The notes beneath the pieces were generated by a model. The model was not told where the DNA came from, did not search any database, and saw only the letters and a program-made list of their open reading frames with translations. The position numbers were made by a program, and so were the translations under genes. A stretch of DNA of 60,816 bases, filler included. It is 4 parts of 4 records of this genome, joined end to end, with 100 filler letters (N's around TTAATTAATTAA, not from the genome) between each part and the next. Parts side by side here need not be neighbours in the genome. Positions count along the whole stretch, not along the records: positions 26,546 to 45,957 come from DRR378314_2430; 3 more parts are not named here. One strand, written 5' to 3'. Below, in pieces: positions 33,957 to 43,988 of this stretch (positions are counted from its first letter, which is position 1; every line of letters starts with the position of its first letter).

Positions 33957-36137
33957 TCAGCCCGTCTCCTCGATCTCGACGGTTACCCGGGCAGATTGCC
34001 CGTCCGCGTCGATCACCACAAGCGTGGCGTGGCCCGGCCCGGGGCTCGGCAGGTCGAGATCACGGGACCGCAGACCCCGGGCCACCGGCAGTCCGTTGGC
34101 CAGCACCGTGAAGGGCAGCCGCCCGCCGCGCAGCTTCAGCGCCAGCCGGCCCTCCACCAGCGCCAGCCGGGCGCGGGTGGGCGGAAAAACCACCTCCGGC
34201 GCCCCGGTGCCAGTGTCGGAAAACACCTCATCCCGGGCCCGGAACCGCTGCAGCGGCTGCGGCAACTCGGCCGAGGACAGCACCAGCGCATTGGGCGGCG
34301 GCGGCGCCAGCGGCGTCAGGTCGGGCTTCAACGCGGCAAAGGCCTCGAACAGGAGAGGCGCCGCCAGTTCCGCGCCAAAGACGCCCGGAACCGGGGTGCC
34401 ATCCGCCCGTCCCAGCCAGACGCCGATCACATGCTGGCCGTCCCAGCCCACGGCCCAGGCATCGCGATGGCCGTAGGAGGTGCCGGTCTTGTAGGGCAGA
34501 ACCCCGGCCCGGGCACCGCGCGGCACCGGCACATCGCGCAGGATATTGCCAAGATACCAGGCTGCCACGGGGGAGATCACCCGCGGGGTCCGGTCGCGGC
34601 CCTCACCTGCCTGAACCGTCAGCTGTGGTCCCGCGCCCCCTGCTGCCAGAACCGCATACATCTGCACCAGATCCTGCAGGCTAACGCCAACGCCGCCGAG
34701 GCTCACCGCCAGCCCCGGTTTGCCGCCCGGCAGCACGGGGCGCATGCCGGCCTGACGCATTGCCGCCATCAACCGCGAGGGCCCAAGCGCGTCGGTCAGG
34801 GTCACCACCGGTGTGTTGAGCGACATCTGCAGCGCATCCCGCACCCGAATGTCGCCGCGAAAGGCGCCGTCGAAGTTCTGCGGTGCGTAGCCGCCGAAGG
34901 ACACCGGCGCGTCGCGGATCAGCGTATCGGGATGCACCAGCCCCTCGTCAAAGGCGAGGCCGTAGACCAGCGGTTTCAGGGTCGAGCCGGGCGAGCGCTC
35001 AGCCGTCACCATATCGACAAAACCGCGCCGTGCGGAATTGGTATAGTCCGGCGCACCGATCCGGACGAGAATCTCGCCCGTGTGGTGATCGGCCACGATC
35101 ATCGCGGCACCAAGCCGTGGCCCCGCCGCCGTCACCCGCCGGTGCAAAACCGCCTGCAGCCGCGCCTGCAGATCGGCGTCCAGCGTCACGTCAAACCGCG
35201 CCTGCGCCGGCGACGCGCTCCGCAGCTCATCGCCCAGATGAGGTGCCAGCAATGGGAACGGGCGGCGGCTGTCCGGCACCCGCGCCTGTGCCGCATCACG
35301 TGCAACCTGCGCCGACAGCACCCCGGCCTCCCGGCTGCGCTGCAACACCCGCGCCCGTGCGGTGCGCGCCGCACTTACCGAACGGTCAGGACGTCGTGTT
35401 TCCGGCGATTGTGGCAGCGCCACCAGCAAGGCCGCCTCGGCGGCGGTCAGGCGGTGCGGCTCCTTGCCGAACCAGGCAAAGCTCGCCGCCCGCACCCCTT
35501 CGAGATTGCCGCCAAAGGGCGCATGGGTCAGATAGAGCGTCAGGATCTCCGGTTTGGACAGCTGCCGCTCCAGCGCCAGCGCCACCCGGATCTGCCGCAG
35601 CTTGCCGGTCCAGCGACCCGTGGAGCCATCCTCCAGCAGCCGCGCCACCTGCATGGTCAGCGTGGAGCCGCCAGAGACCGTGCGCCCATGCCACAACGCC
35701 TGCCCGGCCGCGCGCAGCATCGCCAGCGGATCCACCCCCATATGCGTGTCGAACCGCTTGTCCTCATAGGCGCGCAGCATCTGCAGATAGGTCGGGTCCA
35801 CATCCTCGGCCCGCACCGCCATGCGCCAGATGCCATCCTCCACCGGATAGGCCCGCAACAGGCGGCCGGTGCGGTCCCGCAGCTCCACCGAGGTTTCCGC
35901 CAGCCTACGCGGCAATTCGGTGGCCGCGACCCAGGCTTCCAGCCCTTTGCCACCCAGAACCGCTGCAACCAGCATCACCAACAGCGGCGTCCTGAGCCGC
36001 GCCATCGCCTGGATCAAGGGGCGGGCACCGCCCCCGCCTGACCGAACGGTCAGGCCGCGCCCGGCCCCGGCAGGGGCCGGGCGCCCCCGCCGTCGCCGCA
36101 ACATGCGCAGCCAGCCGGGGCGATCTGCCAGTGTCAT
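33957..36137 (-). CDS. pbpC: Penicillin-binding protein 1C
   Basis: Transglycosylase motifs AYEDKRF..H.GVD and SGGSTLTMQVARL. Transpeptidase motifs SPGSTLKP, SLN and KTGTSYGHRDAW. Directly follows the A2M gene with an ATGA overlap. Confidence 0.93.
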   Translation of the reverse strand: MTLADRPGWLRMLRRRRGRPAPAGAGRGLTVRSGGGGARPLIQAMARLRTPLLVMLVAAVLGGKGLEAWVAATELPRRLAETSVELRDRTGRLLRAYPVEDGIWRMAVRAEDVDPTYLQMLRAYEDKRFDTHMGVDPLAMLRAAGQALWHGRTVSGGSTLTMQVARLLEDGSTGRWTGKLRQIRVALALERQLSKPEILTLYLTHAPFGGNLEGVRAASFAWFGKEPHRLTAAEAALLVALPQSPETRRPDRSVSAARTARARVLQRSREAGVLSAQVARDAAQARVPDSRRPFPLLAPHLGDELRSASPAQARFDVTLDADLQARLQAVLHRRVTAAGPRLGAAMIVADHHTGEILVRIGAPDYTNSARRGFVDMVTAERSPGSTLKPLVYGLAFDEGLVHPDTLIRDAPVSFGGYAPQNFDGAFRGDIRVRDALQMSLNTPVVTLTDALGPSRLMAAMRQAGMRPVLPGGKPGLAVSLGGVGVSLQDLVQMYAVLAAGGAGPQLTVQAGEGRDRTPRVISPVAAWYLGNILRDVPVPRGARAGVLPYKTGTSYGHRDAWAVGWDGQHVIGVWLGRADGTPVPGVFGAELAAPLLFEAFAALKPDLTPLAPPPPNALVLSSAELPQPLQRFRARDEVFSDTGTGAPEVVFPPTRARLALVEGRLALKLRGGRLPFTVLANGLPVARGLRSRDLDLPSPGPGHATLVVIDADGQSARVTVEIEETG

Positions 36138-39100
36138 TTGACCTGCAGCCGTCCCGCCGCCGTATTGGCGCGATAGGCCGGACGATACATGTCCTCGACC
36201 GAGGCCGCCGGGTGGTGGAAGTCACCAGGGCTGACCGCGCGCACCATATAGGCCAGCGTGATCGGATCATCCCCCCGCGAGGTCACCGCCGCCAGAAAGC
36301 GATCCGAGCGGAATTCCACGTGATCGGCCTCCCAGAGGCTGAGCCAGTCCAGATCGCGCAGATCGCCGGAGCGCAGCAGGTTGGGATTGTCGATCTCCAG
36401 CCCCGCCGGCAGCGGGTCATTGACCATCAGCCGGGCGCCGATCTCCTCCTGCGGCAGCACCCGCAGCACCGTCACCAGCCGGGTGCCGACCGCGACCGAG
36501 GCCAGATCCGCCGGCTCCCCTTCCAACGTGTAATACTCCCGCGTCAGGGCAAAGCCGTAGCCGCGCGCTGCCGGGGGCGCGACAGGCACGCCGATGCGGG
36601 TCAGCGTGATGTCGGTGCTGCGCCCGGAGGCTGCAGTGACCGACAGATCCGCTGGGCTGTCGCCGTCCATCACCTCGACAAAAGCGCCGCTAACGGGCTT
36701 GCCGTTGACGCGCAGGCCGGAGTCCTCGGGATTGTCCACCAGCGCCTGCGCCGCCATCAGGCTCCAGGCTGCTTCCTGGGTGGAGCGATACCCCTCGCCG
36801 CCCGAAACCCGCGCCGTGAGGTAATCACGATTGACCGCCGTGCTGCCGGCCTCCACCGCGAGCGCCAAGACAGCAGCCGAGTCGCGCAGCTGGGTGCCGT
36901 AGTCGACCCGCCACAGGGGCTGTTCCGCGCCCTGTCCGGCAATCATCTGCGCGGCGCGGGCAAACATCTTGTCCGCCCGGCGCTGATCGCCGTAAGCCGC
37001 CAGTGCGGCCCCCAGTTGCGCCGCGCCCATCGGGGTTGAGAAGGCCTCGGCCTTCACATCCGCATAATACCGCAGATCGCCCATCGCCGCCGCGCCTTCG
37101 CGTGCCAGCACCAGCAGCGCATAGGCCACTTCTTCGCCGCCGCTGTCGAAATCCGGCGCGTAGTTCAGCCGGTTGCGCAGATTGTCCATGGCGCGGGCAA
37201 AGGCCTGATCCGGCACCATATAGCCTTTGGTCCGGGCCCGGCTGAGGAAGTCAGACGCATAGGCATCCAGCCACTGATCGCCGCTCTCGGCGCGCCAGAG
37301 GCCAAAGGCGCCATTGGCGGCCTGCCGGGTCAGCACCTTGCGAATGGCGGCGTTGATCCGCGCGTCCACCTTAGGGCCATCGCCCAGACCGGCGGCCTCG
37401 GCCACCGACGACAGGTACAGCAGCGGCAGCGCCTTCGACGTCACCTGTTCGGTGCAGCCATAGGGGTAGCCGTCCAGTTGCGACAACAGCCCCGGCACGT
37501 CGAACTTGGCCAGCGGACCGGCCGACATCACCGCGCGGGCGGAGCCGGGGCGCAGACCCGCAAACACATCCGCGTTGAACAGGAAGCTGTCACCGCCCGC
37601 CAACGAGAAGCGCCGGGTTTCCGAGACCTCTGGATCATTGGCGCGCACCGGCAGGCGCAGGGTCTGGTCCAGCACCTCGCCGCCGGGAGTCGTCAGGCTC
37701 AGGCGCAGCTCGGGATCGCCCACGGCCTCTGCCGTGACCGGCAGTTCCAGCAGCACCCGGCCCTGTTCGGTGAGCGTCACCGAGGGCGGCAGCGCGCCCA
37801 GTTGCAGCCCAGCCCCGATCACCTCGGCCGCCAGACCGATCTCGCCCGCGGGTCCGTCGGCGTGGGTGATATCCAGCCGGATGCGGCTCTGATCGCCGGG
37901 CGCGAGGAAGCGCGGCAGCGAGGCTGTCAGCACCACCGGATCGCGCACGATCATGTCGGCCTCCGCCTGCCCTACCGAGCGGTCAGTCCAGGCGACGGCC
38001 ATCAGCCGCACGGTGCCGTTGAAGTCCGGCAGATCGATGGGCAGGGTCACGCTGCCATCGTCCCCAACCTGCACCGCGCCGTGGAAGACCGACATCAGAT
38101 CCTGCGTCGGCGGGGGTGACTGGAATTGAGCGCCAAGCCCGGCATCGCCGCCGGAGCGTACCCGTCCCAGCGCGCCGTTGCCGGGGTCGATCAGACGGCC
38201 ATAGATGTCGCGCAGCTCCATCCCCAATCGCCGCTGACCGTGAAAATAGCCCACGGGATCAGGGCTCTGAAAGCCGGTGAGGTTGAGGATACCGACATCA
38301 ACGGCGGCCAGCGTCAGCCAGACCTCCTCGCCCGCCTCGGCCCCGGCCACAGTCACGGTTGCCGCGACCGTCTGGCGGGGGCGGGTGACCTCGGGGGTCT
38401 TGATCGCTACATCCAACTCCTGCCCCGGTTGGGTGACGGCGGCGTGGGCGATGCCCAGCGCACGGGTCGGGGTGCGGCCCTGCCGACTGGCGACGGGCTG
38501 CACGACAGAGGCGGTCACATAGGCACCGCTGCCCCACTCGGATGTGACCTCAAGCGGGATCACGTTCTCGCCTGCCGTCACCTCGACCGCCTGACGGTGG
38601 ATCAGCTCGCTGCCCATGACGGAGATCAGCGCGGTGCCCGCCGCTTGCGGTACGATCCGCAGGCGGGCGGTGTCGCCGGGCGTATAGCTTTCGCCATCCA
38701 GCGACAGTTCCAGCCGATCCGGGGTCTGCGCGTCGGAGGCGGGCACATACCAGCCCGCGTAGAAATCCTGCGCAGCGGTCACGTAGTCGCCATCCAGACG
38801 TTCCACCACCAGCTCGTAGCGGCCCCAGTCCACCGGCGCGATAACCGCCACCGGATCGCCGCCCAGCATCGCCTCGCCCGAGGCCACGCGGGTGCGGCGG
38901 GTGATCGGCTCCCACTGCCAATCGCCATAGAGCTGATACCACTGATAGCGCGTCTCGACCCGGTTCAGCACCCATTGCACCTGCATCGGCGCTGGGGTGA
39001 GATCCGGTGCCAGCGAGATCAACTCGAACCCGGCCTCGGTGCCCTCGGCCACCACGTCATCGGCAAACTGCGTCTTGATCCCGATCACGGGGGTCGCAGG

Positions 39101-41581
39101 CTGTACCGGCACGGTCAGTTCACGCTCGACCGGGCGGGCGGAGCCATCGGAAAGCCGCGTGCGCAAGCGTGCCTCAAGCGGCAGGCCGGCGGCTTCGACC
39201 TCGGGCAGGTCACCGATGGCGACAGACTGTCCTTTCGGGTCGGTTTCATCACCACCAAAATACCTGGTCTGACGGGTGGTCTGCGCATCATAGCGGCCAA
39301 AGCGATAGCCGGGCCAATCGGCCAGCTGCCGCACCGGGGCGAGAGAAACGTCGCCCTCGACGCTCAGGCCAGCGCCGGGAGCGCCAAACAGGAAGCGGGC
39401 GTCGATGTCGACAATCAGCTGGCCGCCGGGGCGCAGGCCCGCAACGTCGCGGATGTCCTGCTCGAAGTCGATCCGCTCGGGTAGAAAATCCTCGACCAAT
39501 ACGGTTTGCCGCGCCAGCGGATCGGCCTTTGGATCGGTGTAGAGCTCCACCGCCCAAGAGCCGCGCGGGGCGCTGTCGCCCACGGGCAAGGCAAACACAT
39601 GGCCACCGGCGTTACCACCGTCAGAGATATGGCGCGAATATTCCACACCGTCAGGGCGTTTCAGCACCGCGATCAGCGGCAGGCCTTCGATGGCCTGCGC
39701 GCGGGGATCGCGCGACAAGGCGGTGACGTTGATGGTTTCACCGGCACGATAAGCGCCACGATCCGTGGTCAGGAAGACATCAACCGGACCGGGCGCGGGA
39801 CGGCCCTCGACACCACGATCCGACAGATCAAAGGCGGCATCACGCAGCGACAGGAAGGCGAAGTCCTGCTCTCCCGCACGGGCCAGCAGCATCGCGGGCG
39901 CGGCGCTGCCGGTGCCCCGCGTCAAGCCTGGTGCAAAATGCGCATAGCCGGTGGCATCGCTGGTGGCGCGGGCAATCACCGCGTTGGCCTCCGAGATCAG
40001 TTCAACCTCGACACCGGCGCGGGCCTTGGCATCCGACAGGCCCTGAACCTGCACATGCAACCCATCGGCCCCGGACATGGAGCTGAGGCCAAGATCGGTC
40101 AGCACAAACCACTGCATCGCCGCCGGGCTGTCATAGGGATCGGCGCCCGGCACCGCCGCGCTGAGCGCATAGATGCCCACAGGTTGGTCGGCCAGCACAT
40201 CGTCCAGCGGCAACCGTGTGGTCATGTCGCGGTTGAGATCTTGCTCCACCTCGGCGGTGCCGGTCCAGAGTTCCTCGGCGAGCGTGGCGTCAAAACTGTC
40301 GCTCTGCCACTGGTTCAGCGGGCGTGCGAACAGATCCTCCTGCATGCTGCGCAACAGGTTGCGATCGCTGATGCGGGAGAGTTTCAGATCGAGCTTGTCG
40401 ACATTGACCGTCTCCACCGGCAGCGCAATCACATCGCTGCGCGCCAGTACATAGGCCCGGCCTGGAAAGCGCACCGAGGGGCTGCGGTCGCGGATGTATT
40501 GGCTGAGGTCGACGTCCTTGATCAGTGTCTCGCCATTGGCCGCCGGAAGGCCCCGGCGCAGGGTGACCCGCAGGTGCTGGCCATGGCTGAGACCGGTGAG
40601 GCACAGCTCCTGCCCCGCGGCTTCAACCGCCAGACCCTCGGCCTCGGATTTCACGTAATCGCCATAGGTTACGCCGGTTTTGACCAGCTCCTCGGAGAAG
40701 ACGACGCACATGCGCGGGTCAGCGCTGTCGGCCTCGACCCGGGTGTCGCTGACGCGGAAGCCGTATTTGGCCACGGCCCGGCTCAGAATGTCAGCAATTT
40801 GCTTTCGAGGTTCGATGGTCTCCGCGAGACGCAGCACGGAAATCATATCGCGGCCACGGCCCAGTTTCTCCAGTGCGAGTGCAGCCTCAGTCAGCGCGGT
40901 GGCCTGCATTGGCGGCGAGTCAGCACGCAGATATCCATTCAGCGCGGCCGCAACGGCCTCGGCATGATTGCGGCGGGTTTCACTGCCGCCATCTGTCGGC
41001 ATTGCGCGCATGTAGCGGGCATATTCGCCCCAGAGATCGGCAGCGTCGCTGAGGGCCACGGCTTCGCCCATCCAGCGGACTGCCATTTCGGCATTATTGC
41101 CGGCAAAGAACTGTTGCGCCCCTTCGACCAGCGTGGCGAGATCACGTCCGCTCAGCTGGTACCGCGTGCCGATCTCGACGGCGAGATCACGCGCAGACGC
41201 GATATCCACACCACCGGGCAAGGACAGCCGGGACGCGCGCTCCGCGGCACGTGCAGCGAGACCTTCATCCACCAACAGTTTGCGGACCGTCAGGGCGCCG
41301 ACAAAGGAGGAGGGATCGTGCAGCGCTGATTTCGGGAAGCAGGCGTCGGATTTCAGATTGTAGACGAAGCCGACACAGGCCGATTGCGTAGCGCAGGCCC
41401 GCTGGCAGGACTTCAGAGATGTATCGAAGAGCGCCTGCAGGTCGGCACCAAAATGATCGGTGTCAGGCTGCGAGACAAACCGTTGTGCCGGCAAAGGACC
41501 AGAATCATCAGCCTGGGCCTGCACTGCGGGCACTAAAATATGAGAAAAAAGAAAAGTGAATAAAATCAAAAGGCGCCGCAT
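36134..41581 (-). CDS. Bacterial alpha-2-macroglobulin (YfhM-like) with N-terminal PAN/apple-like domain
   Basis: ~1815 aa. Signal peptide MRRLLILFTFLF...AVQA, Cys-rich SCQRAC..C..F.Y....C.PK, TDRGAYRAGE, AAVDVGILNLT, thioester YPYGCTEQ, and C-terminal EDMYRP. RBS GGAG upstream. Confidence 0.93.
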   Translation of the reverse strand: MRRLLILFTFLFSHILVPAVQAQADDSGPLPAQRFVSQPDTDHFGADLQALFDTSLKSCQRACATQSACVGFVYNLKSDACFPKSALHDPSSFVGALTVRKLLVDEGLAARAAERASRLSLPGGVDIASARDLAVEIGTRYQLSGRDLATLVEGAQQFFAGNNAEMAVRWMGEAVALSDAADLWGEYARYMRAMPTDGGSETRRNHAEAVAAALNGYLRADSPPMQATALTEAALALEKLGRGRDMISVLRLAETIEPRKQIADILSRAVAKYGFRVSDTRVEADSADPRMCVVFSEELVKTGVTYGDYVKSEAEGLAVEAAGQELCLTGLSHGQHLRVTLRRGLPAANGETLIKDVDLSQYIRDRSPSVRFPGRAYVLARSDVIALPVETVNVDKLDLKLSRISDRNLLRSMQEDLFARPLNQWQSDSFDATLAEELWTGTAEVEQDLNRDMTTRLPLDDVLADQPVGIYALSAAVPGADPYDSPAAMQWFVLTDLGLSSMSGADGLHVQVQGLSDAKARAGVEVELISEANAVIARATSDATGYAHFAPGLTRGTGSAAPAMLLARAGEQDFAFLSLRDAAFDLSDRGVEGRPAPGPVDVFLTTDRGAYRAGETINVTALSRDPRAQAIEGLPLIAVLKRPDGVEYSRHISDGGNAGGHVFALPVGDSAPRGSWAVELYTDPKADPLARQTVLVEDFLPERIDFEQDIRDVAGLRPGGQLIVDIDARFLFGAPGAGLSVEGDVSLAPVRQLADWPGYRFGRYDAQTTRQTRYFGGDETDPKGQSVAIGDLPEVEAAGLPLEARLRTRLSDGSARPVERELTVPVQPATPVIGIKTQFADDVVAEGTEAGFELISLAPDLTPAPMQVQWVLNRVETRYQWYQLYGDWQWEPITRRTRVASGEAMLGGDPVAVIAPVDWGRYELVVERLDGDYVTAAQDFYAGWYVPASDAQTPDRLELSLDGESYTPGDTARLRIVPQAAGTALISVMGSELIHRQAVEVTAGENVIPLEVTSEWGSGAYVTASVVQPVASRQGRTPTRALGIAHAAVTQPGQELDVAIKTPEVTRPRQTVAATVTVAGAEAGEEVWLTLAAVDVGILNLTGFQSPDPVGYFHGQRRLGMELRDIYGRLIDPGNGALGRVRSGGDAGLGAQFQSPPPTQDLMSVFHGAVQVGDDGSVTLPIDLPDFNGTVRLMAVAWTDRSVGQAEADMIVRDPVVLTASLPRFLAPGDQSRIRLDITHADGPAGEIGLAAEVIGAGLQLGALPPSVTLTEQGRVLLELPVTAEAVGDPELRLSLTTPGGEVLDQTLRLPVRANDPEVSETRRFSLAGGDSFLFNADVFAGLRPGSARAVMSAGPLAKFDVPGLLSQLDGYPYGCTEQVTSKALPLLYLSSVAEAAGLGDGPKVDARINAAIRKVLTRQAANGAFGLWRAESGDQWLDAYASDFLSRARTKGYMVPDQAFARAMDNLRNRLNYAPDFDSGGEEVAYALLVLAREGAAAMGDLRYYADVKAEAFSTPMGAAQLGAALAAYGDQRRADKMFARAAQMIAGQGAEQPLWRVDYGTQLRDSAAVLALAVEAGSTAVNRDYLTARVSGGEGYRSTQEAAWSLMAAQALVDNPEDSGLRVNGKPVSGAFVEVMDGDSPADLSVTAASGRSTDITLTRIGVPVAPPAARGYGFALTREYYTLEGEPADLASVAVGTRLVTVLRVLPQEEIGARLMVNDPLPAGLEIDNPNLLRSGDLRDLDWLSLWEADHVEFRSDRFLAAVTSRGDDPITLAYMVRAVSPGDFHHPAASVEDMYRPAYRANTAAGRLQVK

Positions 41582-41617
41582 GGCATTCTCCCTGTCAACG
41601 CGCAGAGGCTCGCATGC

Positions 41618-41672
41618 GGTTAACCTCATGGCAAGCATGCTCGCCATACCACCAGCGCTAAAGGCAAATTAA
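41618..41672. promoter_or_regulatory. Candidate CtrA-like sites in the divergent promoter region
   Basis: GGTTAACC at 41618-41625 and CTAA-N7-TTAA at 41658-41672 (one mismatch to TTAA-N7-TTAA) in a GC-rich background. Confidence 0.35.
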
Positions 41673-41732
41673 GGAATGGCTGCGAGATTGAGGCCGCAGG
41701 TTTGGAAATGAGTAGTGTTGGAGTTGGCGCAT

Positions 41733-43985
41733 ATGTCGCTTGCTGATAAATTGGCCCAGGAACGCAGAGCCCGTCTGGCGGCAGAGCGACTACTGGAGCT
41801 GAAACAAGCGGAATTGACGGACGCCAACCGCAAGCTCGGTCGGCATGCGCTGGCCTTGACCAAACGCATCGGTGCAACGCAGGCAGAGATCGCGACCTTT
41901 CGCAACGAAAACGAAAAGGTCAAAAGTGATCTCAACACCGCCAATGAGAAGGTTGAACAGGCCGAACGACGCCTGTGGCATTCCATTCAGGCCTTTCAGG
42001 ACGGGTTTGCGTTTTTCGACAACAACAGCAAGCTGATCGGCGCCAACACCGCCTACCTCAACATCTTTGAAGGGGTCGAGGAGGTCTCGCCCGGCGTTTC
42101 CTATGTGCGCATTCTGCAGATCCTGACGGATGAGGGGCTGATCGACACCGAGGAACTCTCGGCCGATGCCTGGCGCGCGACCATGACCGAACGCTGGATG
42201 TCGCCCGCGCCGGAACCCACGGTGATCCGCCTATGGAATGACCGCTACCTGAAGCTGATCGACCAACGCGGCCATGATGGCGATATCGTCAGTCTTGCAC
42301 TCGATATCACCGCGACCGTGCATTACGAGGAAGAGCTGCGCACGGCCCGCGAACGCGCCGAGGCCGCCAACCGCGCCAAATCCGCTTTCCTCGCCAACAT
42401 GAGCCATGAGATCCGCACGCCGATGAACGGTGTCGTGGGCATGGCAGAGCTGCTGAACGATACCAGCCTCAGCGAAGAACAGCGCCTATACGCAAACACC
42501 ATCAAGAATTCCGGCGACGCGCTGTTGGTGATCATCAATGACGTGCTCGACTATTCCAAGATCGAGGCGGAAAAGCTGGTCCTGCATCCCGAACCCTTCG
42601 ACCTGGAGGCCTGCATGCATGAGGTGGTCATGCTGCTTCAGGCCAATGCCCGCGACAAGGGGCTGACATTGCTGGTGGATTACGATCTGTTCATGCCGAC
42701 CAGCTTCATCGGCGACCCGGGTCGCATTCGTCAGATTCTGACCAACCTCATCGGCAATGCGGTGAAATTCACCAACACCGGCCATGTGACCACACGCGTC
42801 ACCGGGGTGCCCCATCCCGAAGATAACACCGTGATGCTGCATATCGCGATCGAGGACACCGGCATCGGCATACCCGAGGAAAAAATCCAGCACATCTTTG
42901 GCGAGTTCAATCAGGTCGAGGATGAAGCCAATCGCCAGTTCGAGGGCACCGGTCTTGGCCTTGCGATCACCGAGCGGCTGATCAAGATGATGGATGGCGA
43001 AATATGGGTCGAGAGTGAGCTTGGCCAAGGGTCGTGCTTTGGGTTCCGCCTGCCGCTTGTGGTGTCAAATGGCAGCCAGATCAATGCGCCGGAACTGCCG
43101 GAGAACCTGAACTGCGTGATGATCGTGGACGACATGGAGGTCAATCGCGAGATCCTCAACCGCCAGCTGCAACGCCTTGGGCTCAAGGTGCTTGCGGTCA
43201 ACAACGGCGCCGAGGCTCTGGAGAAGGTTTCCGACGAGGTTGATCTGGTGATCACCGATCGCAACCTGCCCGGCATGGATGGGCTGAAGCTGGCACGCAG
43301 CCTGCGGCACGCGCAGCGGAATATGCCGGTGCTGTTGCTGTCATCCGATCCCGCCGACAGTCGCGACCCCGCGATCCGCGAGATCTTTTCCGGTGTCTTG
43401 CAAAAACCGCTACCACGCGGCGCCCTCTTTACGGCGCTGGCGGGTCTCAACACATCGACCATGGACGTTGAAACATCCCCTGCCCCAACGGACACGACAC
43501 CCCCGACATCGACCGGGTCTCCCCCCCAAGAGACGCCAAAGCAGGCGGGTCAATCAGATCAACGGCCAATGCGAATTCTGGCGGCAGAAGACAACCGCAC
43601 CAATCAACTTGTGTTCCGCAAGATGGTGAAAGACCTGAACATCGATCTGCAGTTTGCCGGCAATGGGCAGGAAGCAGTGGAGCTCTACCAGAACTTCAAA
43701 CCCGACCTGATCTTCATGGATATCTCGATGCCGAAAATGGACGGCAAAGAAGCCACCCGCAAGATTCGGGATCTGGAACAGACCTCCGGACATCGGATCA
43801 AAATCGTGGCGCTCACCGCCCACGCGATGGATGGTGATTCCGAAGGTATACTGGCAGCAGGCCTCGACGATTATCTGACCAAACCGCTCCGCAAGGCCCT
43901 GATCCACGAGCGTATCATGGACAACAAGCCTGATGATGTGGCGCCGCTGACCAACGAGGCGGGCCGGCTGCGCGCCACCGGCTAG
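41733..43985 (+). CDS. Soluble hybrid sensor histidine kinase (coiled coil-PAS-HisKA-HATPase-REC-REC)
   Basis: FLANMSHEIRTPMNG, QILTNLIGNAVKFT, DTGIGI, GTGLGLAI. Receiver domains MIVDD..DLVITD..PGMDG and LAAEDN..DLIFMD..PKMDG. No TM helix. Confidence 0.92.
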   Translation: MSLADKLAQERRARLAAERLLELKQAELTDANRKLGRHALALTKRIGATQAEIATFRNENEKVKSDLNTANEKVEQAERRLWHSIQAFQDGFAFFDNNSKLIGANTAYLNIFEGVEEVSPGVSYVRILQILTDEGLIDTEELSADAWRATMTERWMSPAPEPTVIRLWNDRYLKLIDQRGHDGDIVSLALDITATVHYEEELRTARERAEAANRAKSAFLANMSHEIRTPMNGVVGMAELLNDTSLSEEQRLYANTIKNSGDALLVIINDVLDYSKIEAEKLVLHPEPFDLEACMHEVVMLLQANARDKGLTLLVDYDLFMPTSFIGDPGRIRQILTNLIGNAVKFTNTGHVTTRVTGVPHPEDNTVMLHIAIEDTGIGIPEEKIQHIFGEFNQVEDEANRQFEGTGLGLAITERLIKMMDGEIWVESELGQGSCFGFRLPLVVSNGSQINAPELPENLNCVMIVDDMEVNREILNRQLQRLGLKVLAVNNGAEALEKVSDEVDLVITDRNLPGMDGLKLARSLRHAQRNMPVLLLSSDPADSRDPAIREIFSGVLQKPLPRGALFTALAGLNTSTMDVETSPAPTDTTPPTSTGSPPQETPKQAGQSDQRPMRILAAEDNRTNQLVFRKMVKDLNIDLQFAGNGQEAVELYQNFKPDLIFMDISMPKMDGKEATRKIRDLEQTSGHRIKIVALTAHAMDGDSEGILAAGLDDYLTKPLRKALIHERIMDNKPDDVAPLTNEAGRLRATG

Positions 43986-43988
43986 AGG

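Noticed and set aside
27976-41329. Long antisense ORFs in the alphaproteobacterial contig (579, 760 and 607 aa)
   Set aside because: They mirror well-supported genes on the opposite strand, as is typical of high-GC3 codon usage.
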